Positions 19,329 to 29,072 of a stretch of 64,000 bases of DNA are shown in pieces (the stretch's first letter is position 1; each line of letters starts with the position of its first letter). The position numbers were made by a program, and so were the translations under genes. The notes beneath the pieces were generated by a model. It saw only the letters and a list, made by a program, of their open reading frames with translations. It ran no database searches and was not told the DNA's origin. This DNA is from a virus. Its lineage: Duplodnaviria > Caudoviricetes. The DNA is taken from positions 14,845-78,844 of IMG/VR virus record IMGVR_UViG_3300047160_003205. One strand, 5' to 3'.

Positions 19329-21014
19329 TTATTCAGGCGGTGGTGGAGGGTTTTCCTCGATTACGTCTCCTATGATGTTAAGGTCCAGATCAACGACTAT
19401 GCGGCGCCAATTGAAGTTGGGAACGCGCCGAACCTGTGGAGGATCGCCAACAATGGTCCAGGCTGTATTGACAGTGGTCACGAGGTGCTCCAACGGCGTC
19501 TCTTGGAGAAGGCTCTCATTCCGCTCGCCCCCTTTTTGAGGGTCGTGCTCGCGCGCTGAGGCCGCTGCGCGCATCTTCTTCGCTTTCACGACCCAGGCGT
19601 CCGCCTCATCGACACGGATGTAGAACTCGCCAACCGTCTTCGGGCGATAGGTGAGGCCGCCTGACTTAAAGGCGAGGGGCGACCACCATTCCTTGGTTCC
19701 GTCGAGGCGATAGACAATCTTGCCTTTACATTCGACGCGGGCCGTCCACCGAGTGCCAGCCTTACCGCATACGATTGTGTGCTTCCCCTCTAGGGCCCAG
19801 GCCTCAATGACTTGAAGGGTGTGTGCTATATAAGTTCCATTGTAGCCGCTCTCCCGCCAGTCCTGAACTTCGATCATCCGCGCCGCCGGATTGGCGGGAT
19901 TTATCAGGATGGTCTGGTTCGACCCGTTACAGATTCTGATATGACCTTCCCGGCTATTCAACCGATAGCACGGCGCACAGCAACGTTCCTCCACTGCGTT
20001 TAGGAAGCGGCGGAAGCTACCGCCATTGCCCTCGTTGAAGAGATTATTGCACAACCGGCATCTTACCGGCTCGGGCGGGGCATTCATCCAGCCGCCGTTG
20101 GAGCTGCCGGTTATCGTGGGATTATTGGTTAGGCACCAGTACTTGTCGGGCTCAGTCGGGTGCGTCGTAAGGCCGTAATAGTCGAGGTAGGGCATCATGA
20201 AGTAGCGAAGATGGGTCCCGGAGCCGCGTATCTTGCTTAGGCGGGCACCGTTGAAGATCGAGCGTCGCTCGGTCACGGAGAAGTATCCGAGCTCACGGAA
20301 GTGGGTCTCCATGGCACGGACAAACTCATGGGAGCCGTCGAAGTCGCCGCTATTAGGGTAGATACGGCCCAGGGCCTTCTTCTCAGGCCACACGACGGCG
20401 CGAGCCGCGTACTTATAGGGGCACCGCGATCCCGGCGGCTTCTCGATGTAGGCGATAGCCAAGTCGCCCGCGCCGTACACCTGAACCGACTGCTGATTCG
20501 ACATGCACGAATGCGGCCCGTTCGCATAGATGTCGATCATCTTCTTGGGGTCCTTGGTCATTTGGACCTCGTGAAGAACCTTCGGCGCATTGCCAGTCTC
20601 GAACCACTTGACGTAGTATTCAATCTGGCTGTCGCTCAGGTACTTGTAGAACTTCTTCAGGTAGCGGCCGGGCTTGAGGATGACGTACTTGCCGCGAGCG
20701 CCGTAGTTCTCATCAGGCGTGTACGCGATCATGGTAGGGTCCTTCTCCGCATAGTGGGCGAAGTGACCGGGGATAGCAGGGAGGCGGGCGCCCCACGACA
20801 GGGGCTTGTATTTCTTGCTCTTTATGAAATACTGCTCGCGCTCGCCGTAGAAGACCTCGAACACCTTGTACCTTATATCAATGTAATGGTATTGGCCACC
20901 AATGCCGAACTGCTCATACCACTTCGCCCATGCTGCCTCTAGGGTGTCCGCATAGAACTCATCCGACGGCGGATGATCCCGCGAAGTGGTGGAGAGCTTC
21001 CATAATTTCGCCAT
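19329..21014 (-). CDS. Hypothetical protein (561 aa) with Cys clusters
   Basis: Y.NGPHSCMS...ARAVVW...GRIY core and CRLC/CCAPC pairs; co-oriented with the peptidase. Confidence 0.6.
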   Translation of the reverse strand: MAKLWKLSTTSRDHPPSDEFYADTLEAAWAKWYEQFGIGGQYHYIDIRYKVFEVFYGEREQYFIKSKKYKPLSWGARLPAIPGHFAHYAEKDPTMIAYTPDENYGARGKYVILKPGRYLKKFYKYLSDSQIEYYVKWFETGNAPKVLHEVQMTKDPKKMIDIYANGPHSCMSNQQSVQVYGAGDLAIAYIEKPPGSRCPYKYAARAVVWPEKKALGRIYPNSGDFDGSHEFVRAMETHFRELGYFSVTERRSIFNGARLSKIRGSGTHLRYFMMPYLDYYGLTTHPTEPDKYWCLTNNPTITGSSNGGWMNAPPEPVRCRLCNNLFNEGNGGSFRRFLNAVEERCCAPCYRLNSREGHIRICNGSNQTILINPANPAARMIEVQDWRESGYNGTYIAHTLQVIEAWALEGKHTIVCGKAGTRWTARVECKGKIVYRLDGTKEWWSPLAFKSGGLTYRPKTVGEFYIRVDEADAWVVKAKKMRAAASAREHDPQKGGERNESLLQETPLEHLVTTVNTAWTIVGDPPQVRRVPNFNWRRIVVDLDLNIIGDVIEENPPPPPE

Positions 21015-21114
21015 GCTATATCCTCAAACCCCAGCGTGCGACCGCTACGAAAACGCGGCCCCTTTAAGATAAAGGAAGCCGCGCCCGACAGGAAGCGAAA
21101 GAAAGAAGGCAAGC

Positions 21115-21486
21115 TTAGACAGGTATGCTGTCCTGGCTTTCCTGAAATGCCTCAAACATTGCATCAGCCTCGGCTGAGGCATCCACCCAGTCGAGGACGG
21201 ACATGACGCCGATGCGCTTGAGAGCCGCCCACAGGTCACTGTGGGAGCTGTCAATGTCGGTATCATATTCATCCGGATACCCCGGATCACCGTTGGGTAA
21301 GGTGCGGACGCCGGGGATGACGGTGATACGGATGACGTCCCAGGTCTTCAGGCCCAGATGTTGTTGCTCCGGGTGCTCCGGGGAATACAGGTCGATGCCG
21401 TTCACTTCCCAATAATGGTTCTCAACCTTCCGGTAGGGGAAGCCATGGGCAAGGGCGAAGCGGCTAATGGTCTCATCGACATTCAT
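21115..21486 (-). CDS. Hypothetical protein
   Basis: 123 aa, coupled to the upstream ORF. Confidence 0.55.
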   Translation of the reverse strand: MNVDETISRFALAHGFPYRKVENHYWEVNGIDLYSPEHPEQQHLGLKTWDVIRITVIPGVRTLPNGDPGYPDEYDTDIDSSHSDLWAALKRIGVMSVLDWVDASAEADAMFEAFQESQDSIPV

Positions 21487-21701
21487 GAAAGGTTATCCAT
21501 TGCTTTAGTGGCGGCGAGGACGCGGTTGGGGCAGGGCTCAAGCTTACGACGCTTGCAGGTACAGCTGTCAGGAGCCTCATAGCGGACCTGACTGTTGAGG
21601 ACCCGCTCACAGCAGGCATAGGCCATCTCCCAATCGAATGGGGGTGTTCGCCGCGTGATAGTGGCGAACTTGATGGTTCCTGGCATCTTAGGGAAGCGCA
21701 T
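21483..21701 (-). CDS. Hypothetical protein
   Basis: 72 aa with RBS AGGAGG. Confidence 0.5.
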   Translation of the reverse strand: MRFPKMPGTIKFATITRRTPPFDWEMAYACCERVLNSQVRYEAPDSCTCKRRKLEPCPNRVLAATKAMDNLS

Positions 21702-21709
21702 GGTGCCTC

Positions 21710-22057
21710 CTATTCCAGTGTGGAGATATTGTCGAACAGGCCCTTTATGAAGGCCCCCGAGGCTTTCGCGTGCTTATAGAGGGCACGCTTCATGTTCGCC
21801 TTCGGGAGCGTAGAGAAGGGGAGAGAGACACGGACCTGCTCATCGCCGAGCGTCCCGTGGCAGTAGGTAATGTCCCACTCGGGGTAGCCGGGGTCGGAGA
21901 CCATCCGCAGGCGCGTGATGTAGAGACCCGGCTCCGTCCAATCAACGGTGCGCGTCGGATTGAAGTTCCTGTCGGCGTCGGATTGTGGATTGGTCTCGCG
22001 TACCCCGACGCGGGCCAGTTCCTCGGGGGTCCATGTGGTCATTGGTCTTTCCCCCAC
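21710..22057 (-). CDS. Hypothetical phage protein
   Basis: RLRMVSDPGYPEWDITYCHG motif; operon context. Confidence 0.55.
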   Translation of the reverse strand: MGERPMTTWTPEELARVGVRETNPQSDADRNFNPTRTVDWTEPGLYITRLRMVSDPGYPEWDITYCHGTLGDEQVRVSLPFSTLPKANMKRALYKHAKASGAFIKGLFDNISTLE

Positions 22058-22299
22058 AGGCGCTTCCAGTCGGCGTCGTCTAGGCCGCTCATCAGGAACT
22101 CCCGCTCCTCATCCGTCAGGTACGGGAAGGCATTTTGGATAGACATGCCGTCCTGCCACGCCTGATAGTCAGCGTAGTTCATCTTGAGGTGTCGCGTCTT
22201 AGTAGCAAATCCCGGCATGATCGGATAGACAGTGACGTCGGCTCCGAGCATATCCTGGTCCCACATGATCTCGCGGACAGGTTGATGCATTCCCGGCAT
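22039..22299 (-). CDS. Hypothetical early protein
   Basis: RBS AGCGGAGAACAC and TATACT element at 22344-22349. Confidence 0.6.
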   Translation of the reverse strand: MPGMHQPVREIMWDQDMLGADVTVYPIMPGFATKTRHLKMNYADYQAWQDGMSIQNAFPYLTDEEREFLMSGLDDADWKRLWGKDQ

Positions 22300-22479
22300 T
22301 ATCGTGTTCTCCGCTTTTTGTCGGCCTTTTCCGGCCTAACTTAAGTATAGACCGGAGACAGCGGGGACAGGAAGAAGAAAGAAAGGCGGACAACGGGGGC
22401 AGAACCAGCTGGGAGGCCCGTAAGCAGTTTTCTTTCTCCATGAACGGCGCGAGGGTCCTGGGTCGGTAGGGAGGACCAA

Positions 22480-24795
22480 ATGCCAAAGTTTCAGCATCCT
22501 CAGTCAGTGCTTGATTATCTCGGGCGCATTGGTGCGGAGGTGCTGAACGCAAGACGCGCTGTAATTCGCGAAACAGGGGGCAAGTATCCTAAAGACATTG
22601 CTAAGATATACATTCATCCTGACGGAACTGTAATCGCTTCGGATAAGCAATATGCCCCTAAGGAGGCTGAAGCCGAAGTGATGACGCTAGACCTGGTTAA
22701 GGTAACATTTCCTAAGTCACTAACAGTCCTCGATATGGATGGCTTAGTGGGGGCCGGGGCCAATCGTGGTATGCTAATCCCATTTTATACGCATAAGGGG
22801 GAAGCCGACCAGCGCATAAGCATGGTCCAGGAGTTCTGGATCGATGCTAATGGGGATAAGCAGTTTGTTTCTTGGACCTATATGAGCGATGAAGGGTGGG
22901 TAAAGGCTGAACCCGACGAAGGGCTCCCATTCTGGAAGCCTAAGCATCGGCGAGGAATGGATTGGCAACGGATCATGATACATGAGGGGGCAAAGTCGGC
23001 ACGAGCAGCGGATACGATTGTAAAAGAGCAGGTCGAGCATCCTTGGATTGATGTATTGTCGAGGTATGTGCATTGGGGGCTGATTGGGGGAGCCAACAAT
23101 CCAGGACGAACGAACTATGAGGAACTCCGGGATGAGAGACCGCGCGAAGTTGTGTATGTGTGTGACAATGATGATCTCGGGAAAAATGTCGTAAAGGAAG
23201 TCTCACGACTCTATGGACATTCGATGAAGGAAATAACCTTTGGTGAGGACTTTCGTGATTCATGGGATATGGCAGATCCATTGCCAGAGAAGTTCTTTAC
23301 AGCGACCGGGCGATATGTCGGTCCTGACTTAAAAAGGATGATGCACCCCGCGACCTATGCTACAAGGCAATTCGCTATAGATGGAAAGAAAGTAACAACC
23401 ATAAACAAAGACTTCCGAGAAGAATGGGTCTATTGCACAGAGCCTGAACTGTATATCCATCGAGATCATACGCATCGTATTCTCGGTACAAAAGCTTTCA
23501 ATAATCAGCTACGGCCCTATAGTCATGTACCTGACATCGCCTCGTTAATGAAGAAGGAGAAAAGCAACCAAACAACTCGGATACGCTACAATCCTAGTCA
23601 GAATCCAGGCATCTATAATGATGGACGGGGTGTCTATGTAAATACTTATGCTAAACCGACAATCGAAGCAGAGGAAGGGAATGTTGATATCTGGTTGGAC
23701 TACCTGAACGGATTTGTTGCTCAAGACTATGATCGCGATGAAATGTTTCGCTGGATGGCAACGCTTATCGAACGGCCTTCAATACGAATGAAGTATGGAT
23801 TGTTGCTAATAACAGAGACGCAAGGAACCGGGAAGAGCACCCTCGCCGCGAAGATACTGACTCCATTGATTGGAGAAGATAATACATCAGAACCTACTAT
23901 GTCTGATCTTATGAACCCTAAGTTTGGGAACTGGAAAGCTCATAGCCGCCTGGCTATTACTCACGAGGTCTATAGTAGTGGTTCTTCTATTCCTTATAAT
24001 ACATTGAAGAGCGTAATAACTGAAGATACGGCACCAGTAGAGAAGAAGTATCAAGATCCATATACAATTGAACTATGGACTCATGTTGTCGCTTGTTCCA
24101 ATTCGCGGCACGCCTTGAAACTAAAGGATGAAGACCGTCGTTGGCTTGTTCCTGAATTGAGGGAGGCTAAACGACCACAGTCCTTTTGGAATGCATTCTA
24201 TAATTGGTTAAGCCTTGAAGGAGGGCTGGGGAAGATTAAGTGGTCATTCATTGAATACCTAAAAACGCAGCCTCCTGTTTCGCGAGGGGCCGAAGCGCCT
24301 CTGACAGCTGCTAAGACTTCCATAATCAACGACAATCTGTATGCTGGAGGGTTAGCTGTTTTGAATGAATTGGTAAGCTATCACAAGGCTGTTAAGCATA
24401 ATGAGAATGGAGGGGGCATTGATCCTCTGTATTGGAAGTATGAACTACCATTCACGCCAAATGGACATGTTCGCGGGACGACTGAAATAGCGGACTTAGC
24501 AGCTAGGCGAGGTGCTGTGGTGTTTGATACTGATATGATCGATATGATTAAATGTCGCGTTTATGACAGAAGATTGCCAAATCACCCGATTGAAAGACTT
24601 CAGGATGTTCGGAAGATTGCTAAGTCTGTAGGGTTTAAGGCAGGAAAGAACCGTTGCTGGATACCCGAGCTTGGCTATAAGCGTCGCGGGGGGGTTGTTC
24701 TAAGTTTACAACAGGAACTTGTTGACATGACGATACCTGAGCTATATGAGAAAGGGGTCCCTATCATAGTGTTGAATATGGGACCTAACATGTGA
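22480..24795 (+). CDS. Primase-helicase (Toprim-like plus SF3/D5-like NTPase)
   Basis: IHEG.KSA, CDNDDLG, WDMAD; Walker A QGTGKST, THEV, VACSN; RBS GGAGG. Confidence 0.85.
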   Translation: MPKFQHPQSVLDYLGRIGAEVLNARRAVIRETGGKYPKDIAKIYIHPDGTVIASDKQYAPKEAEAEVMTLDLVKVTFPKSLTVLDMDGLVGAGANRGMLIPFYTHKGEADQRISMVQEFWIDANGDKQFVSWTYMSDEGWVKAEPDEGLPFWKPKHRRGMDWQRIMIHEGAKSARAADTIVKEQVEHPWIDVLSRYVHWGLIGGANNPGRTNYEELRDERPREVVYVCDNDDLGKNVVKEVSRLYGHSMKEITFGEDFRDSWDMADPLPEKFFTATGRYVGPDLKRMMHPATYATRQFAIDGKKVTTINKDFREEWVYCTEPELYIHRDHTHRILGTKAFNNQLRPYSHVPDIASLMKKEKSNQTTRIRYNPSQNPGIYNDGRGVYVNTYAKPTIEAEEGNVDIWLDYLNGFVAQDYDRDEMFRWMATLIERPSIRMKYGLLLITETQGTGKSTLAAKILTPLIGEDNTSEPTMSDLMNPKFGNWKAHSRLAITHEVYSSGSSIPYNTLKSVITEDTAPVEKKYQDPYTIELWTHVVACSNSRHALKLKDEDRRWLVPELREAKRPQSFWNAFYNWLSLEGGLGKIKWSFIEYLKTQPPVSRGAEAPLTAAKTSIINDNLYAGGLAVLNELVSYHKAVKHNENGGGIDPLYWKYELPFTPNGHVRGTTEIADLAARRGAVVFDTDMIDMIKCRVYDRRLPNHPIERLQDVRKIAKSVGFKAGKNRCWIPELGYKRRGGVVLSLQQELVDMTIPELYEKGVPIIVLNMGPNM

Positions 24796-24995
24796 GTTTG
24801 AGGGTAGTTAATAATGGTTCTTAGCTCTATCTCTATTTTTACAGCTACTTTCCTATTCTGTTCAAAAAAGAGGTAATAGAATATAGTAAAGGTAAAAGGC
24901 ATAGCAAAGGTAGGGGGGGTATATAGGGGGCAGTAATAGGAAGTCGCTGTGATTTTCGAGCCCGAGCTAGGAATCATTCTTAGGAGCTGGTGGAA

Positions 24996-25169
24996 ATGCC
25001 TTCGAAATGGGAAAAAGTTGATGAGTCTGAATGCGAACAAACTGATCGATTGAAGGTAGAAGGGGGTTATCTTTACAAAACAGTTGTTTGGAGTTTGAAT
25101 ACCGATAATGCATTGGCAGTTACAATGGTCTTTGTACCCGCTTCCCCTGTGACACAAATTCAGGGATAA
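24996..25169 (+). CDS. Small phage protein (57 aa, absent from ORF track)
   Basis: MPSKWEKVDESECEQTDRLKVEGGYLYKT...TMVFVP; upstream AGGAG. Confidence 0.55.
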   Translation: MPSKWEKVDESECEQTDRLKVEGGYLYKTVVWSLNTDNALAVTMVFVPASPVTQIQG

Positions 25170-25177
25170 TAGCTGAC

Positions 25178-25738
25178 ATGTCTGTTGGAAATGACCCTGA
25201 CCGTAAGACGCACGCGGTTGCGGCTACGGGGAAGCCCCTGCGCGGGTATCGGAGTGAGAGGCCATGGCCTGATAATGTGTTTGAGCTAATTTGCCAGGAG
25301 TATGAGGGTTCGAGCAAGGGCATTGACAAAATCTGTGAATCCCATCACGACTGGCCGTCGTATATGACGATTATGCACTGGATGGTAGACGATCCAGAGC
25401 TTCAAGCGCGGATGGAGATTGCTCGCCAAATTCACGCTGACTTCCTGGTCGAAGAGGCAATGATAATTGCCGATGACAAAACCCTCGACATCATTGAGAC
25501 TGAGAAGGGCTTCGTTATCAACAATGCGGCGGTGAACCGCGCCAAGCTTCAGGTTGAAACTCGCAGGTGGACAGCTGGAAAGCTTCATGCTGCGCGATTT
25601 GGCGAGAAGATGGATGTTCGGGGGGCAGGCGTTCAGCTTACCCAAGTCTTTGCTATGCCTAGCAATGGACGGGATGATGATGGGAAAGTGATTGAGGGCG
25701 ATAAGCCCAAATTGCTTCCATTCTCGAAGGATGACTAG
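25178..25738 (+). CDS. terS: Terminase small subunit
   Basis: N-terminal HTH, ARQIHADFLVEEA..IADD, RAKLQVETRRW...KL...FGEK (Sf6/P22-like). Confidence 0.85.
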   Translation: MSVGNDPDRKTHAVAATGKPLRGYRSERPWPDNVFELICQEYEGSSKGIDKICESHHDWPSYMTIMHWMVDDPELQARMEIARQIHADFLVEEAMIIADDKTLDIIETEKGFVINNAAVNRAKLQVETRRWTAGKLHAARFGEKMDVRGAGVQLTQVFAMPSNGRDDDGKVIEGDKPKLLPFSKDD

Positions 25739-25947
25739 ATGCGGTTGGGCCGTCGATAGGTCCCAACGCCGCCTACCAAAGCTGTTCTTATGCCACCTTG
25801 GACTGGGTTATGCCATTGGTGGTACATTGGGACCCAGCCTTTGCCGTTGTAGGCGCAACGCTTACAGGTCCATTTCCCTTCGACCTTGTGGGTAGCCACT
25901 GACCCGCAACTAGGGCATGGATAAGGATGCCTCCTGGGGAGCGTCAT
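25735..25947 (-). CDS. Small Zn-ribbon protein
   Basis: CPSC...CKRC. Confidence 0.45.
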   Translation of the reverse strand: MTLPRRHPYPCPSCGSVATHKVEGKWTCKRCAYNGKGWVPMYHQWHNPVQGGIRTALVGGVGTYRRPNRI

Positions 25948-26102
25948 TGCCCTTCCTCTTTCTCACGCTTCCGCTCGCGGTCAACGCGGTCGAGGATGCC
26001 TCCGCGTTCGCGAATCACTTGTCTCGCTTCCTCGGCGGCGCGGGGAGTGCCCCCGCGCCTCTCAAATTCACGGAACCATTGCTCTTTGTAGCTTGACATG
26101 TC

Positions 26103-26384
26103 CTACCTATCGAACGGAGGGCAGTCGCGGCCCTCGTTGAACCAGATGCCAATGGCGGGGTCGATCTGCGATACGCGCGCCAGGGTAGCGAAGGCATCCC
26201 ACCAGGAGGTGAAAGGTCCTGCCAGTTCAGGTTGCCCCCATTCCTCCCAAGGGGGGACCGCCGGGTGATCGTAGTAGTTCATCGCCTCGATGACGATGCC
26301 CGACTCGTAGTCGGTTTCGTTCACTTGGCAGTAGATGGTCAAATTTGCCCCCTTTAGACCATGTCCGGACGAACGAGCGTCCAA
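26103..26384 (-). CDS. Hypothetical early protein
   Basis: Part of a run of small minus-strand ORFs. Confidence 0.45.
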   Translation of the reverse strand: MDARSSGHGLKGANLTIYCQVNETDYESGIVIEAMNYYDHPAVPPWEEWGQPELAGPFTSWWDAFATLARVSQIDPAIGIWFNEGRDCPPFDR

Positions 26385-26563
26385 AAGCCGTCGTAGTCGC
26401 AGACGCAGAACTGCTTCCCTTCAGGGCCACAAATTCTAACGTCACCGTGGATTGCCTCGATATGGATCCACCAGTTGTAGTAGGGTCCATCCTTGTTAGT
26501 AACCAGCTTGATCGCCTCTGTTACGGCCGCGTTCGTAAACTCCAAATTCTCCGCTATCGACAT
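26354..26563 (-). CDS. Hypothetical early protein
   Basis: RBS GGAGAACAC and TATACT at 26587-26592. Confidence 0.55.
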   Translation of the reverse strand: MSIAENLEFTNAAVTEAIKLVTNKDGPYYNWWIHIEAIHGDVRICGPEGKQFCVCDYDGFWTLVRPDMV

Positions 26564-26609
26564 TGTGTTCTCCCCGACGACGCTCTAGTATAGCTTAAAG
26601 GCAGCTGAA

Positions 26610-26825
26610 TTAGCTATGCCTTTTATTAGCCCAAATTTGGCGAGCCTCTGCCGTCCAGCCCGAAGCCCATGCCGAGTGGGAAAGTGTGCCGGCTGTATAC
26701 GGGTTCAGATTCAATCCGAAATCATGCCGACGGGCATCTCTCCCAGCTTCTCGCGCCAATCTAATGTGTTCCGGCTCCCAACCCACGGGCCAGGAGGACG
26801 GATCGCCAAGATCGATCACGGGCAT
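26610..26825 (-). CDS. Small protein with ribosome-modulation-factor-like motif
   Basis: AGRDA...NPY...SAWASGW resembles the RMF G..A..G...CPY...W..GW pattern. Confidence 0.45.
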   Translation of the reverse strand: MPVIDLGDPSSWPVGWEPEHIRLAREAGRDARRHDFGLNLNPYTAGTLSHSAWASGWTAEARQIWANKRHS

Positions 26826-27025
26826 TATGCCCCCTTCTCAAATGTATGCCAGTCGAGGCCAGCTGCCTTAAGGCGCTTGCTCTCCTGGTAGCGTTCGTTG
26901 CGGGTCTTAAACCATTTGACCCTTAGTTGATTTGTCTCTGGATCGCGGTCCCCCTTAACAGCGATACCCCAGAGGGTATTGCCCTCGCCTACGATGTCTT
27001 TTGCTACGCCGAACCAGTCGGTCAT
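26825..27025 (-). CDS. Hypothetical early protein
   Basis: RBS AAGGGAGG; 1-bp overlap with the next gene. Confidence 0.55.
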   Translation of the reverse strand: MTDWFGVAKDIVGEGNTLWGIAVKGDRDPETNQLRVKWFKTRNERYQESKRLKAAGLDWHTFEKGA

Positions 27026-27036
27026 ATTGCCCTCCC

Positions 27037-27432
27037 TTATTTGCGACGAACGCCGAGGCCCGGAGGCACGCGGCAGTCGGCGTCGAGAATGTTCCCGAAG
27101 AGGCGAGCAAAGCGAACAATAATCTCCGCTTTGACGTCCTCGGAGTAGTTTGCGGCGTCGAGGATAATGTTCTGTAGAAGATCGAGTCCACAGGTGCCAT
27201 TGTCGTCGCGGTCGCGCGGGAGGGCATTAAGCGAGAGTCCTGCCTCGAAAGCTCTGATAAGCTCGCGCCCGTCTGTATCGGCGGGCGGGTCCGCTGCGAA
27301 AGCGATGTTGTCTACGGGCAGGGCTAGGGTCGCGAGGGTAGCGGTGTCTATCTCGTCGCCGTAGACAGAACCTAGCCTCTGGCGAAGCTCGGGGCTGAGA
27401 CGTACTTTTTTGTAAGGGTCGAAAGGCTTCAT
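27037..27432 (-). CDS. Hypothetical early protein
   Basis: RBS AGCGGAGAACA. Confidence 0.6.
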   Translation of the reverse strand: MKPFDPYKKVRLSPELRQRLGSVYGDEIDTATLATLALPVDNIAFAADPPADTDGRELIRAFEAGLSLNALPRDRDDNGTCGLDLLQNIILDAANYSEDVKAEIIVRFARLFGNILDADCRVPPGLGVRRK

Positions 27433-27486
27433 TCTGTTCTCCGCTAGGGAAAAGGAAAGGCAGCCGAAGCTGCCCTAGTTGTTTGA

Positions 27487-27771
27487 TTAGAGCCCCTCGA
27501 ACTCAGCGAGAAGCTCTCTGTCAGCTTTGCTTAGAGATAGGCCGCATTCGCGGCGGTCGTAGGCATTACCGAGGCGGCGCTCTTTGCTCGCCGTCCAGCC
27601 TGCTGGGCGCTCTTCGATTGTAAGGCGACGGCCCCAGTTGTCTACGTAGGTCCGGTCCCCGTTTACAGGGGGACGCCCTAGCTGTTTTTCTAGGCCCTTA
27701 AGGGCAGAAGCCTCGTCCGGGTACACATGGGAATGAACCCCGTCTTCGGCCGATATAAGCAGTACCCACAT
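27487..27771 (-). CDS. Hypothetical early protein
   Basis: RBS AGCGGAGAA. Confidence 0.6.
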   Translation of the reverse strand: MWVLLISAEDGVHSHVYPDEASALKGLEKQLGRPPVNGDRTYVDNWGRRLTIEERPAGWTASKERRLGNAYDRRECGLSLSKADRELLAEFEGL

Positions 27772-27799
27772 TTGTTTTCTCCGCTTTGTTATGTTCGGT

Positions 27800-28111
27800 T
27801 TACTCGGAAATAACGCGCCAGCGCCGCCGCCGCTCTTCAGGGGTTAGGACTGGGCGGTCGTTCGCTTTGAACTCGTCCGCGATCCCGAGCTTCGCAGTAA
27901 TGTCCGCGAAGCGAGCGAGCGCATCCTGGTGTTCGGGCGAAGCCTTAGCTCGCATTTGGTCGATAACATCCTCGTCCTCGTCTGGGTCGAGCCCCTCGAT
28001 TCTGTCGAAGAAGTCTTCGAAGTTCTCGGCAGTCCAGCCTTCGAACCGACTGTCTGCCTCGTAGGCGTCGAGCAGATCGGCTAGTTCGGGAAGCATTTGT
28101 TCGGGTCGCAT
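27800..28111 (-). CDS. Acidic hypothetical early protein
   Basis: RBS AGCGGAGAA; first gene after the TATACT promoter at 28139-28144. Confidence 0.65.
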   Translation of the reverse strand: MRPEQMLPELADLLDAYEADSRFEGWTAENFEDFFDRIEGLDPDEDEDVIDQMRAKASPEHQDALARFADITAKLGIADEFKANDRPVLTPEERRRRWRVISE

Positions 28112-28138
28112 TCTGTTTTCTCCGCTAGAGACGCCCCT

Positions 28139-28180
28139 AGTATAGCTTCGAGACAGCTGTAGCGTCTATGTCTTTCTTTA
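28139..28180 (-). promoter_or_regulatory. Leftward early promoter
   Basis: Minus strand AAAGAAAG-aca-TAGACG-N18-TATACT; same architecture as the plus-strand promoter at 39618-39657. Confidence 0.6.
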
Positions 28181-28193
28181 TCCCAGATACATA

Positions 28194-28449
28194 CACAAAT
28201 TTGGGCGCTTATACAGATACCCATCCAAATTTGGGGCCTGATACAAACACAAATTCTCGTATGTATACGGATGGTATAGTACACACAAATTTGGGCTGTG
28301 TACGGATTACCACACAAATTTGGATTAATGTAAAGCTTTATTAGATGTTAGCTTTATTCATATACGTCCACAAATTTGGTGAGCTAACGTTGTCTATGCC
28401 GGAATTCAGGCACAATGGTGACGCTTAGGCCACAAATTCCACACAAATT
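28194..28449 (+). repeat. CACAAATT(TGG) repeats (8 copies) in an AT-rich non-coding region
   Basis: Copies at 28194, 28226 (CAAATTTGG only), 28248, 28284, 28313, 28369, 28431, 28442. Core CAAATTTG is palindromic. Confidence 0.85.
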
Positions 28450-28561
28450 ACAACAACTTAGCTGACCTGGCTAGGCAATAGTGTCCCGTGGCTAGGTTTG
28501 TTCTTTCGTCCGTATAAGGACTACGGCTCAGCTGTCCCTGGACACTCGCAGATGGGCCCAG

Positions 28562-28611
28562 ACAATCCATCTGCTGACATACAATCCATCTGTTAAAGGA
28601 CAATCCATCTG
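28562..28611 (+). repeat. ACAATCCATCTG x3, 19-bp period
   Basis: Exact copies at 28562, 28581, 28600. Confidence 0.9.
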
Positions 28612-29072
28612 TGTGCCCCGCAGAGCCAGAGGACAGCGGCAGAGGACAGCGAACAGCTGTCTCTGAGCTCTGTCCGCCCCACCAGCGCCCACCAGGCAGG
28701 GCACAGCCGACAGCGCCCATCGGACATGCAGGCAGAGGCCATGCAGACACTAGTACAGTGCAATGCAAGATACCCAGACCCGATCCAGCGCTCAGCCGCG
28801 ACGATCGGTCGCGGTTCACAGGGGCGCGGCGGATCGTCGCGGAACGAAAGGGGAACGAGTATAGACGCCGAGTATTCGTCGCGAATACTTAGGCGAATAC
28901 TTCGAAGGGGGGCGCGGCGAAACGTCGCGGGCCTAGCTCCGCTATAGGGCTTCTCCCCTTCGCCTAGCTCGGCTATATCGGGGGTCCGGTCCGGTCGGAT
29001 CGGGGCTCGGGCCGCTCGGCCCGGGCGGAACGGCTCCCGAAGGGGAGCCCTAGCTAGGTAGGAGAGACCCCT

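Noticed and set aside
28983-29002. Short GGT-CC GGT-CC GGT-CG GAT-CG run inside the island
   Set aside because: Only three or four units in very GC-rich DNA; could be chance, so not called a second array.
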